Positions 10,860-20,196 of a stretch of 64,000 nt of DNA are shown in pieces. Both the position numbers and the translations under genes were made by a program. Position 1 is the first letter of the stretch; the number at the start of each line of letters is the position of its first letter. Origin of the DNA: Candidatus Shapirobacteria bacterium (GTDB lineage: Bacteria; Patescibacteriota; Microgenomatia; UBA12405); the NCBI GenBank assembly GCA_041665485.1, contig JBAYIT010000001.1, positions 140,270 through 204,269 of the forward strand, read 5' to 3'. The notes beneath the pieces are model-generated. The model saw only the letters and a list, made by a program, of their open reading frames with translations, had not been told where the DNA came from and searched no databases.

Positions 10860-11831
10860 ATGAAAATAAAAATAATTGGCTTAATTTTGGTAATAATGGC
10901 AATAGTGGGGTTAACGGTGCTAAGTTTGGTTAACAAAAACAAAACCGACCAAGACCAAACGATAAAAATGGGGAAGATTCCAGAGATTGCTGATAAACCA
11001 GTTTACAGAAAGGAGTATTTGGAAAACTATGAAAGGGTGAGCAATATTTGGTGGGAAACGGAAAGGGTAGAACTGCCAACTGAGGCCCAGGCAATAAAAT
11101 TAAAACCAGGGTTTGTGGACATAGCTAATTTAAGACAATGGGCAGAGAAGATGGGACTAGAGTATGTGGAGGGCAAGTGGACCGACGGCAATAAAAAACA
11201 ACTAAGCTATAACCCGCAAACAAAAAAGTTGGAGTATGCAGAAAATATTGAGAGCAAAAAACAACTAACGGGAAACAACCTACCAATAGAAACAATTAAA
11301 GATAATTTAATAAAACTTTTGGCGGAAATTGAAGGACCAAAAAATTTGCCGGTGGTAATTACCGAAACAATTCCCAGAAAACTGGTTTATCCAAGGTGGG
11401 TGACAACAACAGAAAAAGAGGCTGAAGTGTTTGAAATCAGAGCCAATTATAAAATTAACGGAGTGGAAGTGGCTATTGACGGCTGGGAATCGATAAAAAG
11501 TGTCTGGACTCGAGGTGGAAAACTAATAAAACTAGTGACGGTTTGGCCGTTAGAGACGGGGGAGAAACAAGATATAAAAACTAAAAATCTAGCTGAAATA
11601 CAGAGCGCTTTAAATGGGGGTGGAATAAGAATATGGCAAGTTAGAGGAGGAGAGAAAACCGATTTAAGCTACAATACAGAGACAATAAATAGGGCGGTAA
11701 ATGAAATAAGCCTGATGTATGTTTATGATGAAAAAAATAGTTGGCTAATGCCTTATTACAAATTAGTGGGAAATGCAATTGCTAACAATGAGCCGGTTAG
11801 AATTGAATTTGTTGCGGAAGCAGGAAATTAG
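10860..11831 (+). CDS. Hypothetical exported/membrane-anchored protein
   Basis: 323 aa ORF with N-terminal hydrophobic anchor, in operon. Confidence 0.6.
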   Translation: MKIKIIGLILVIMAIVGLTVLSLVNKNKTDQDQTIKMGKIPEIADKPVYRKEYLENYERVSNIWWETERVELPTEAQAIKLKPGFVDIANLRQWAEKMGLEYVEGKWTDGNKKQLSYNPQTKKLEYAENIESKKQLTGNNLPIETIKDNLIKLLAEIEGPKNLPVVITETIPRKLVYPRWVTTTEKEAEVFEIRANYKINGVEVAIDGWESIKSVWTRGGKLIKLVTVWPLETGEKQDIKTKNLAEIQSALNGGGIRIWQVRGGEKTDLSYNTETINRAVNEISLMYVYDEKNSWLMPYYKLVGNAIANNEPVRIEFVAEAGN

Positions 11832-11852
11832 ATGTTAGATCCTAGATTTTAG

Positions 11853-12254
11853 ATGATAGATATTAAAAATAAATACCAAAAATATCAGATTTTGATTTGG
11901 TTAGGAGCGATAGTGGTGGCGATGTCGGTGATAAAAATTACCTATAAACCGGATAAAAACGAGATTATTAATCAACAAATTAGTCAACCGGGGGTGACTA
12001 TTGCTTTGACACCAACGGTGGAGCCGGAACCACCAATAACCGAACCGGAAACAAATTATGATGAAGATTTTCCCTTGTGGCAGTTACTCCCCTACTCGGG
12101 AGCCGGGTTTACGGTTGACCGCTATTTATCGCCAAAAACGCTTGGGGTAAAAATTAAGGGAATTGATAAAAAAATAGTGGAGGAAAGAATTAAAACGTGG
12201 CTTCTACAAAATAAGATTGAGGAAGGAAGTCATAAAATTGAATACCTCAATTAA
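11853..12254 (+). CDS. Hypothetical membrane-anchored protein
   Basis: N-terminal TM, Pro/Thr linker, PLWQLLPY. Confidence 0.55.
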   Translation: MIDIKNKYQKYQILIWLGAIVVAMSVIKITYKPDKNEIINQQISQPGVTIALTPTVEPEPPITEPETNYDEDFPLWQLLPYSGAGFTVDRYLSPKTLGVKIKGIDKKIVEERIKTWLLQNKIEEGSHKIEYLN

Positions 12255-12308
12255 ATTTTTAATTTGAAATTTTTAATTTTTAATCAATTTTTAATTATTA
12301 AATTTTAA

Positions 12309-12572
12309 ATGATAAAAAAAATAGTTTTAACTATGCTTTTTGGTTTAATGTTGGGTGGGTGTAGTTTGGGAAAACCACAAGAGAGTGCAGTGGTAGAGAT
12401 GATGGGAACAGTAAAAACGAAAGTTGGCGATGAATATATTTTTATGACTAACGGCGAACTGAAAAACATTACCAGCAACAAAGTTAATTTAGACCAATAT
12501 GTAGGAAAAGAGATAAAAGTAAAGGGAATGTATTCGGGATCAACATTGTATGTGGATGAAGTGGGGAATTAG
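12309..12572 (+). CDS. Small lipoprotein-like protein (possible OB fold)
   Basis: LGGC lipobox-like; LDQYVGKEIKVKG...TLYV. Confidence 0.55.
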   Translation: MIKKIVLTMLFGLMLGGCSLGKPQESAVVEMMGTVKTKVGDEYIFMTNGELKNITSNKVNLDQYVGKEIKVKGMYSGSTLYVDEVGN

Positions 12573-12595
12573 AAACCAGAAATAAGAGATAAGAA

Positions 12596-13063
12596 CTAAG
12601 AGCTAAGATCTTTTTCTAGGTCAACAACCCAATCCTCTACCCCATTATAAATTCCGTCCAAGTATGGTTTGTCAGAGATTACTTTGTAGTCGAGTTTTTC
12701 GTATAATCTTTTAGCGTTGGCATTTAAATCAGGATTAACGGCTAAACCAGTCTTTTTAAACCCTTTATTTTTGGCTTTATTTTCGCATTCTTGAATTAGA
12801 GCGGTTCCAAAACCCTTGCCTCTTTCAGAATCTTTAATGTAAAGATCACCCATGTCGGGATATTCGGGATGAGTTTCTTTGCCAGTCCACTTTAAAACAA
12901 CAAAACCAATAATTTGGCCATCAACTTCTATGATTAAAAATTCAGAATCACCTTTATTTTGATCTGACAGTCTTTGATTAATAATCTCGTCGGAAAGATT
13001 TTCGGAGCGAATAAGTTTAAGTGAGGAAATATCGGAATAAATGACGGGGCGAATAGTAATCAC
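12596..13063 (-). CDS. GNAT family N-acetyltransferase
   Basis: Likely GTG start at 13063; RGKGFGTALI, NANAKRLYEKLDY. Confidence 0.85.
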   Translation of the reverse strand: MITIRPVIYSDISSLKLIRSENLSDEIINQRLSDQNKGDSEFLIIEVDGQIIGFVVLKWTGKETHPEYPDMGDLYIKDSERGKGFGTALIQECENKAKNKGFKKTGLAVNPDLNANAKRLYEKLDYKVISDKPYLDGIYNGVEDWVVDLEKDLSS

Positions 13064-13065
13064 TT

Positions 13066-14184
13066 TTAGTCCTGAATGCGGACAGGCATGATGATGTGGG
13101 TGAAATGAGGACTGCCTTGATCTTGGAAGGAGCCGGGGGTTAAGGATTGATTGAGACCAATAACGATTTCTTCGCCTTGGCAAACAGCCAGAAAGTCAGA
13201 AACATATTTATAGTTAAAGGCAATTTCTAAAGGCTCGCCTTCAATTTTGGCGTCAACGACGGCGAGATTTTGGCCAATTTGGGGAGCATTGGCAGTCAAC
13301 TCAAGAGTGGAGGACTTAAAATTAAACTTAACCACATTGGCTGATTCACGGGCAAAAACAGAGGCGATTTTAACGGCTTGAGCTAGTTCTTCGCGATTAA
13401 CAAAGGCCTTGGTGGTAAATTCGGGAGGGATAATTCTTTGGTAATCAGGGTAGTCGCCCTGAAGGAGACGGGAGACAATCTCTAGATCCTCTAGAACGAA
13501 GACGACTTGATGGGAGTCGCTGGTGAGACCAACCTTGACAGTCTTGGCGTTTTTAGCAAGCTTAGTGACTTCAGATAGGGTTCGGGAGGGAATAAGAAAG
13601 GTGTTAGAGTCATCGGCTTTTAGGTCGATAGGGTTGACCAGTTTAACGTCTTCCAGAGAAAGACGAAAACCGTCGGTGCCGACCATGAGTAAATTATTGG
13701 CAGAAAAACGGCAAAGAATGGAGGTTAAAACGGGGCGGGAATCATCGATGGCGGCGGTAAAGGCGACTTTGCCAACAGCTGGAGAAAAAGATTGATAGTC
13801 GAGCTCAAAAGCAGTTTTGGGATCGAGGGTAGGGATTTGGGGAAAGTCGGCAACAGGGGTAGTGGCAAAAGTGGAATTGGCCTTAGGAGAAGAAATTTTT
13901 AATAAGCCATTAGTAACCTCAAGGTCTATTTTTCCAGGAGTAAGGTAAGAAACAAACTCGGTAATTTCTTTGGCGGGAACACTGATGGCACCTTCTTCGT
14001 CGATTTTGGCACCTAACCAATAATTGATACTTAAATCAAGGTTGGTGGCGGAAAGTTTGAGACGGCCGGAATCAGTGGCTAGGACAATATTATTCAAGAT
14101 GGGTAATTGAGATTTGGAGGCAACAAAACGGGAAACGTGAGTGAGAGCAGTTTGGAAGTTGTCTTGAAGGAGAGAAAGTTTCAT
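13066..14184 (-). CDS. dnaN: DNA polymerase III beta sliding clamp
   Basis: LPILNNI, SRPVLT, GTDGFRL, YPDYQRIIP, IIMPVR; adjacent to dnaA. Confidence 0.97.
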   Translation of the reverse strand: MKLSLLQDNFQTALTHVSRFVASKSQLPILNNIVLATDSGRLKLSATNLDLSINYWLGAKIDEEGAISVPAKEITEFVSYLTPGKIDLEVTNGLLKISSPKANSTFATTPVADFPQIPTLDPKTAFELDYQSFSPAVGKVAFTAAIDDSRPVLTSILCRFSANNLLMVGTDGFRLSLEDVKLVNPIDLKADDSNTFLIPSRTLSEVTKLAKNAKTVKVGLTSDSHQVVFVLEDLEIVSRLLQGDYPDYQRIIPPEFTTKAFVNREELAQAVKIASVFARESANVVKFNFKSSTLELTANAPQIGQNLAVVDAKIEGEPLEIAFNYKYVSDFLAVCQGEEIVIGLNQSLTPGSFQDQGSPHFTHIIMPVRIQD

Positions 14185-14451
14185 GTTGGTTTATATTAAC
14201 AAATTAGTTTAATTAAACAGTAGTGATGTTAATAGAGGGTGGGGATTTGTGTATAAGAAATAAAAACGACGTAATCAGTAACTGGTAATTGGTAATTAGT
14301 AATTGGGGAAAACAAGAAATGGTGACAGAAAAGAATAAAAACAACTTTTCTATCTTATAGAACGAGGTCAGATTTGGGTAAGATTCGGGGGAAAAAAGGG
14401 AAATATTTTGGGGAAAGAAATGTGGATAAGTAGAGGCCTTTGGTGGATAAG
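14185..14451. other. Candidate oriC (dnaA-dnaN intergenic) with DnaA boxes and AT-rich stretch
   Basis: Minus-strand boxes TTATCCACA 14421-14429, TTATCCACC 14442-14450, TTATACACA 14248-14256; AT-rich 14190-14216. Confidence 0.65.
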
Positions 14452-15789
14452 TCATAGTGATGAGGAAATTTGAGCTTTAAGACGGTGGACAAGTTCTTGA
14501 GATTGTGGATTAGTGGATAAGTCGTGAGCGATTTTGTCGCGGGCGTGGATAATGCTGGTGTGATCACGGCCACCAAGAAGACGGCCAACATCCTGAAGAG
14601 GGAGTTTAAGTTCAGAGAGGAGGAGGTAGGCGGTGATGTGGCGGGCGGTGACAAGATTTTTGGAACGGGCAGGACCGCAGAGATCACCGGTTTTGATGTC
14701 AAAAAATTTAGCACAAACGGAAATAAGGTGGCGGGGGGTAGCTTGAGCGACGTCGGGAGAAGATGATGAAGACATTAAGCCGACAATTTCAGGGGTAACC
14801 CGACTAATCTTTTGAGAAAGACATTTGGCGCTGATCTCCTGAATTTTGCCTTCGATATCGCGGATATTTGAAGTTAGGTTTTCGGCCATGTAGGAGAGAG
14901 CCGGAGAGTCGATAGTTAATCCCCTATCTTCAAATTTCTGGCGGATGATGGCGTGGCGCATTTCCAGGTCGGGCGGTTGAATATCAACGGTGAGACCACC
15001 AAGAAAACGGGAAACCAGCCGGTCGGCTAGTCCGGAGATATCACTTGGTTTACGGTCGGAAGTAAGAATGATCTGTTTGCCGTTAAGATGGAGAGCGTTG
15101 AAGGTGTGAAAAAATTCTTCTTGAATATATTCCTTGCCGGCGATGAATTGAATATCATCAACAAGAATACAATCGACGGAGCGGTATTTGTCTTTAAACT
15201 GGTTGATGGTTTTAGATTTAAGGGCAGAAATGAGCTCGTTACCAAAAGTTTCGGCGGGGAAATAACGGATTTTAAATTGATTGTTTTTGGTTAAAAGCTC
15301 ATGGCCGACAGCCTGCATTAAATGGGTTTTGCCGACCCCTACCCCACCCCAGATAAAGAAAGGGTTGTAGATAGTGCCGGGATTATTAACAATGCCTTGG
15401 GCGGCAGCAAAGGCAAAATTATTACTGTTGCCAACAATAAGATTGGCAAAAGTGTATTTGGGGTGAAGATTGGTTTTGGTGGCAGGGACGAAAGTGGGAG
15501 CGTCAAAAAGAGGAGCGGGCGAGGGAGTGGAGGTGCTGGAGATAACGGGAGAAGTAATAAATTCGAGGATGCAGGTTTGCTGGGATTGGTGGTCGAGGGC
15601 GGATTTAAAAAGTTGATGATAGCGGCGACGGTTGAGATCGGCTAAATATTCATTGGAACAGCCGATGGTGGCTTGGCTGTTGTCGAGTTTAATAAGTTGA
15701 GTGTTGGCAACAAAGGTTTGGTAGACGGCTGGGGCCATAACAACACGGAGCTCTTCCTGGGTATTTTTCCAAAGCCTTGTTAAGTCCAT
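14452..15789 (-). CDS. dnaA: Chromosomal replication initiator DnaA
   Basis: YNPFFIWGGVGVGKTHLMQA, LVDDIQF, QEEFFHTFN, GGRDHTSIIHA. Confidence 0.98.
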   Translation of the reverse strand: MDLTRLWKNTQEELRVVMAPAVYQTFVANTQLIKLDNSQATIGCSNEYLADLNRRRYHQLFKSALDHQSQQTCILEFITSPVISSTSTPSPAPLFDAPTFVPATKTNLHPKYTFANLIVGNSNNFAFAAAQGIVNNPGTIYNPFFIWGGVGVGKTHLMQAVGHELLTKNNQFKIRYFPAETFGNELISALKSKTINQFKDKYRSVDCILVDDIQFIAGKEYIQEEFFHTFNALHLNGKQIILTSDRKPSDISGLADRLVSRFLGGLTVDIQPPDLEMRHAIIRQKFEDRGLTIDSPALSYMAENLTSNIRDIEGKIQEISAKCLSQKISRVTPEIVGLMSSSSSPDVAQATPRHLISVCAKFFDIKTGDLCGPARSKNLVTARHITAYLLLSELKLPLQDVGRLLGGRDHTSIIHARDKIAHDLSTNPQSQELVHRLKAQISSSL

Positions 15790-15894
15790 GTTGTTTAGAA
15801 TCTACGAATCTAGAATCTACGAATTTAGATAGAACAAATAAATAACCTAAATACCGGCAAGAAACAGTCTCGGGGAGGAGAAAGGGGTAGGAGG

Positions 15895-15927
15895 TTTTCC
15901 ACAGTCATAATAGAGGAGTTTTCCACA
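15895..15927 (+). promoter_or_regulatory. Two DnaA boxes upstream of dnaA
   Basis: TTTTCCACA at 15895-15903 and 15919-15927. Confidence 0.6.
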
Positions 15928-16039
15928 ATTGACAAGAGGGAAAAAGAATCTACGAATTTACGAATCTACGAATTAGAGAGAGTTGGGGGTGGAGAATGGG
16001 AGGGGTTTGGAGTAAATTGGAGGTAGTCATCTTTTAAAT

Positions 16040-16930
16040 ATGCCGGAAGGTTTGTTTCCAACACCCGATTTTGTTCGAACAGTAATTAACCTTGAGCCTG
16101 ATTTGAGGAATAATGCTTATATTAGGAGAGCGGTGGCGCCACTATTTCCAGAAACAGATTTTTTGGGAATGGGAGCAGATTGTATAACGATTGTTCATCC
16201 ATATGATCAAGGAAAAGTCGTTTCATATGAAAAAGGGGTGCAAAACGATGATCCTTTTAGTGCTTGGGAACTGTATTACGTTCACAATTTTCTCTGGGCG
16301 TTGTTCCCCCATAATTTTCCAAAGGTGTATGGAAAAACTTCTGGCCTTGATTCGAAAAGGGTGGCAGAGAGAATTGTTGACGGAGGTGGGGAGGTAATTT
16401 TTCCGTTTAGTAAAGTAATTGAAACGTGTGAAGAGATGTGTTTCCCTTTGAGTATTGATGGAAATTCGGGAAATTTTATTGTTGGTAGTGACGGGGGCGA
16501 GTATTATGTGGACAAAGTTGATGTGGGGGTGAATGATCTTGAGATGGCAAATTTCTTGAGAAGTAGACAAACTAAGGATGGTTGGGATCAAAAAACGATT
16601 TTGTATTTTACTCGATTAAGAGAGTTGATGGCAATAAAAAATTTGTGGGGATTTGTAAGTAATCCAGAAATTACCCCAATTAAGTATCAGAAAAACCCTG
16701 GGTTATGGTATGAAAAATTAATAGACCAGTGTGGCTTTGATAGAGAAGGTGAAGACCTAGAGTCGAGAGAGAGAATAATGAGAATTACGAGTCGGTTAGA
16801 GGAAATTAGGGAGGGTGTTGTTCCAGAGAAAAAGGAAGTTGGTTTATTTAAAAAATGGATTTTGGTGGTGGGTGACGTGGCAAACACTGTAAAAAATCAT
16901 TTGAGATCATTTAGGAGAAGCGGTGAGTGA
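16040..16930 (+). CDS. Hypothetical protein, possible protein-kinase-like fold
   Basis: FLGMGADCIT; FPKVYG; IDGNSGNFIV...YYVD. Confidence 0.4.
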   Translation: MPEGLFPTPDFVRTVINLEPDLRNNAYIRRAVAPLFPETDFLGMGADCITIVHPYDQGKVVSYEKGVQNDDPFSAWELYYVHNFLWALFPHNFPKVYGKTSGLDSKRVAERIVDGGGEVIFPFSKVIETCEEMCFPLSIDGNSGNFIVGSDGGEYYVDKVDVGVNDLEMANFLRSRQTKDGWDQKTILYFTRLRELMAIKNLWGFVSNPEITPIKYQKNPGLWYEKLIDQCGFDREGEDLESRERIMRITSRLEEIREGVVPEKKEVGLFKKWILVVGDVANTVKNHLRSFRRSGE

Positions 16931-16969
16931 GTGAGTAGATTTTAGGGTGGGTTTGGTGTAAATTGGGAT

Positions 16970-19429
16970 ATGGGTCAACAGGATAAACAAATAGGTTTGC
17001 CGGCGCAACCTGATGAATTAAGTCAGGCGGCAGAAGTGGCTCGTGGGAGTGTGCAAATAGAAATTCCTTTTGGTGTTATGAGACTTCAATCTGGTAATGT
17101 ATATGTGGGTCTTTGTGGCGGTAATTTGGCAATAAGAGCAAGTGAAGAAGAGTTGACACAAGAAGCAAGAGTAAAACTTGGAATGATGGGGCCGAAAGCG
17201 ATAGAGGTTTTGCCTGGGGTGGCAACAGTTATTCCGGCAATGATTGGAGTTAGTTCAGTTCAAGTGCAAGTAAATGGAGGTGGTATGGCAGAGGTAAAGG
17301 TGCATCATCATGGTGGTGATGGACAGGAACATCACGAGACATACTCTGTTAGTAACTTTATTCGGCTATTTTCGGGTAATAATCCGGCTCTGTCGAGAAT
17401 GGCGGGAACGGCTGATTCAGATGTTTATGTTTTGTATTTACCAGTTAAGGGTGATCCAAGTGCCAGATTGGCCTGTTTTCTAACAGATAACACAGATCCA
17501 AGAGACGTAAGAGCAATACCGGGGACAGCCTTGTTGGGGCCATTATCGAGAGGGGTGGTGAGTCAAGTGTTGACGGAAGGGAGTGGTTTATATCAAGCAT
17601 TTTTGGAGGGAGTATATGCGAGTGAGGGTTTTCCCCTGGCTTTAGCAACAACATGGGAAGGGGTAAGGCCTGATCAGGTGGCAGGTATGAGAGATGGTTT
17701 AATCAGAAGTGCTTTGGGAAGTATGTCGGAGGAAAGTTTTGATGAGAGGAGGAGGGCAGACAGAGAGAGGTTTGCAAACTTACATCATGATAATTTTGGC
17801 TATACGGCGTGGCCGTCTTTGTTGGAAGTTGCCGCTTTGGCAAAAAATTGGGATAAAATAGGTAGATGTGGCTCAATTGAAGAGGCGAGGGCGTTGGGAA
17901 AAAGTCATAGTGTTGATGCTAATGATTTGGATCAACTATTTGTTGAGGGACAGGTTGGCAGGGCGGAAGAAAGACCAGTTCGACGGATAGTAAAAAAAAG
18001 GAGAACGATCAAGCCTGTTGTTGGGCAACAAGTGGCTAAAGTTGAAACAGTGATGGTTGGGCCGACAAAACCACCAGTGGTATTTAAGGCAGAAGTGGTG
18101 GCGTCAGCGGTTGAACCAAGACAAGAAAGAGTTGAGGCGGCAAAGGCAAGGTTGGGAGCGGAGGTTGTTTCAGGTAGTGGCAGGATGACAGAAGATGGAA
18201 CACGAAGTGTTCTTGATTATTTGGTATGGAGTGACGTAAGTGTGTTTAGTGGTGATCCCTTTAAAGGGATAGAAGAGATGGTGAGATTCGGTAATTTTAC
18301 AGGTATAACGGATTATCATCGAGCCAGGTTTCCGTTGGAAATAGATGGTTCAGAAAAGCAAAAGGTTAATTTTGGGTATTATTCTGGGACGGTGAAGTTT
18401 AGTAGACCAGATGGTAGCACTTATGGAATGGATAGCAATTTAATAATAATATGGGGAATAGAACATGCTTTGTGGTGTATTGGATCAGTAGGACTAGGCG
18501 AGGTTTTTGTTGCCAGAGATATTACAATGAGGGACGGTGTGGTTTGTGTTGATTCCTCCAGTAATAGGGTTATGCTAAAGAATCCTCGGGAGGCATATGG
18601 ATTAAAGGATGGTAGTTTAGAAGAATTTGAGAGTCGGTTTCCTTCTGATATTAGGGATAGAGCATGTCGAGCGCTAGAGGGTGTGATGTCTGCGTATTTG
18701 GACATGAAGCTTGAACACAGACGAATGATTGAAAGAGATTTTGGAGATTATCGAGATATTAATAATGGAGTCAGGTGGGGTGATCTTTTAAGAAGGGCCC
18801 AAGAGGGCAATATGGGAGATATTGGGCGAATAATTGGTTGGTACAAACAAGGTGGTTCTGGGGGAAGATCTGAAAGAGATTATAGAGACAGGGGGAGGGA
18901 AAAGGATCTGTACCCAGGATATATTGAAGAAATGATACTTTTAGCGGAAAAGATGAAAGCGACGGAGAAACATGCCGGAGGGATCATGGCGGCATCTTCT
19001 TTGGTGGGCGCAGTGGCGGGTGCAGGGCTTACAGCATGGGTGATGGTTAGTTTGGGTTTAATTGGTGTACCAACCATAGGAGTGGTAACAGGGGCAGGGG
19101 GGATGTCTTTTGGTGCGGGGTTTGCGTTCGGAAAAGGATGGGTTGAGGGAAAAATTGCATTTAGCCCGGGATGGAGATATGCCGGGTTAAGAGAAATTAT
19201 AATTAAGGCAATAGGACTGCGAGAATGTCCGGATCCGGCAACGGAAAGACTGTTGTCTTATTTTGATGCAGGGAAAACAAAAGAAGATGAGAAGGAGTTG
19301 GGGCAGGTTGTTTCTACTGAAACAGTAGCCTCTGAGACTGTTGGATATGGGGCGAGGAGCGAGGGTGATCTAGATGAAGATTTTGGGCGTGGGCAAAAAA
19401 GAAAACAAGCCAGGGTGGCAGGTGCTTAA
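16970..19429 (+). CDS. Large hypothetical protein with C-terminal Gly/Ala-rich hydrophobic hairpin
   Basis: 819 aa ORF; no recognised family. Confidence 0.55.
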   Translation: MGQQDKQIGLPAQPDELSQAAEVARGSVQIEIPFGVMRLQSGNVYVGLCGGNLAIRASEEELTQEARVKLGMMGPKAIEVLPGVATVIPAMIGVSSVQVQVNGGGMAEVKVHHHGGDGQEHHETYSVSNFIRLFSGNNPALSRMAGTADSDVYVLYLPVKGDPSARLACFLTDNTDPRDVRAIPGTALLGPLSRGVVSQVLTEGSGLYQAFLEGVYASEGFPLALATTWEGVRPDQVAGMRDGLIRSALGSMSEESFDERRRADRERFANLHHDNFGYTAWPSLLEVAALAKNWDKIGRCGSIEEARALGKSHSVDANDLDQLFVEGQVGRAEERPVRRIVKKRRTIKPVVGQQVAKVETVMVGPTKPPVVFKAEVVASAVEPRQERVEAAKARLGAEVVSGSGRMTEDGTRSVLDYLVWSDVSVFSGDPFKGIEEMVRFGNFTGITDYHRARFPLEIDGSEKQKVNFGYYSGTVKFSRPDGSTYGMDSNLIIIWGIEHALWCIGSVGLGEVFVARDITMRDGVVCVDSSSNRVMLKNPREAYGLKDGSLEEFESRFPSDIRDRACRALEGVMSAYLDMKLEHRRMIERDFGDYRDINNGVRWGDLLRRAQEGNMGDIGRIIGWYKQGGSGGRSERDYRDRGREKDLYPGYIEEMILLAEKMKATEKHAGGIMAASSLVGAVAGAGLTAWVMVSLGLIGVPTIGVVTGAGGMSFGAGFAFGKGWVEGKIAFSPGWRYAGLREIIIKAIGLRECPDPATERLLSYFDAGKTKEDEKELGQVVSTETVASETVGYGARSEGDLDEDFGRGQKRKQARVAGA

Positions 19430-19464
19430 AATATCGGGTGATTTTGTTGATATAATTCCCCTAT

Positions 19465-19605
19465 ATGAAACAAAAAGGAACTTTTCAACCAAAAAAGAAA
19501 AAGAGAGTTAGAGTCCATGGCTTTATGAAGCGGATGGAAACCCAGGATGGGCGGAACGTGATTAAAAGGAGACGGGTGAAGGGCCGGGCCAAACTAACGG
19601 TGTAG
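19465..19605 (+). CDS. rpmH: 50S ribosomal protein L34
   Basis: Hand translation [46 protein letters not shown]; below ORF track cutoff. Confidence 0.97.
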   Translation: MKQKGTFQPKKKKRVRVHGFMKRMETQDGRNVIKRRRVKGRAKLTV

Positions 19606-19608
19606 TAC

Positions 19609-19980
19609 ATGGCATTAAAAAAAGCATACCGATTAAAGAAAAAAAAGGAATTTGAGGAGGTTCGAGAGAAAGGCCGTGTTTGGCATGGGCCAAAAATAAG
19701 CCTGGCGGTGTTAGAAAAGGATGAAGGAGGAATGAGGGTGGGAGTGGTGGTGTCGAAAAAGGTTGATAAAAGAGCGGTGGAAAGAAATCGATTAAGAAGG
19801 CTAGTGGCTGAAGTGTTCAGAAAAAATTGGAAGGTTTGGGGGAAGCAAAATCGGTGGTTGGTGGTGATTGTGAGGAGGAATCAGTTGAATTTGAAAGAGA
19901 TGGAGGAGGAAATTGCGGGATTGCTTCGTCCTCCGAAAGCTTTCGGAGTCCTTCCGTCTGAGCCGGACGCGGCGCAATGA
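19609..19980 (+). CDS. rnpA: Ribonuclease P protein component
   Basis: RLKKKKEF, RVGVVVSKKV..AVERNRLRR; synteny. Confidence 0.93.
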   Translation: MALKKAYRLKKKKEFEEVREKGRVWHGPKISLAVLEKDEGGMRVGVVVSKKVDKRAVERNRLRRLVAEVFRKNWKVWGKQNRWLVVIVRRNQLNLKEMEEEIAGLLRPPKAFGVLPSEPDAAQ

Positions 19981-19992
19981 CGCAACTTAGTT

Positions 19993-20196
19993 ATGAAACA
20001 AATAATATTAAAAAGTTTAAAGTTTTATAAAAGATATTTATCTTTTGGTAATCATTGCCGGTTTGATCCGAGTTGTTCGGTGTATGCCTACCAGGCGGTG
20101 GAAAAATATGGGGTAATAAGGGGGTTGTGGCTGGGGTTGGTGGGTTTAGTACATTGTCACCCGTGGAGCAAAGGGAATGATAGAATAGCCCTATGA
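19993..20196 (+). CDS. yidD: Membrane protein insertion efficiency factor
   Basis: CRFDPSCSVYAYQAVEKYG...CHPW. Confidence 0.9.
   Translation: MKQIILKSLKFYKRYLSFGNHCRFDPSCSVYAYQAVEKYGVIRGLWLGLVGLVHCHPWSKGNDRIAL

Noticed and set aside
3586-12572. Integrative conjugative element or prophage
   Set aside because: No integrase, relaxase, att repeats or phage structural genes recognised
14213-14455. 80-aa ORF between dnaA and dnaN
   Set aside because: Runs through DnaA boxes and a heptamer tract; not protein-like
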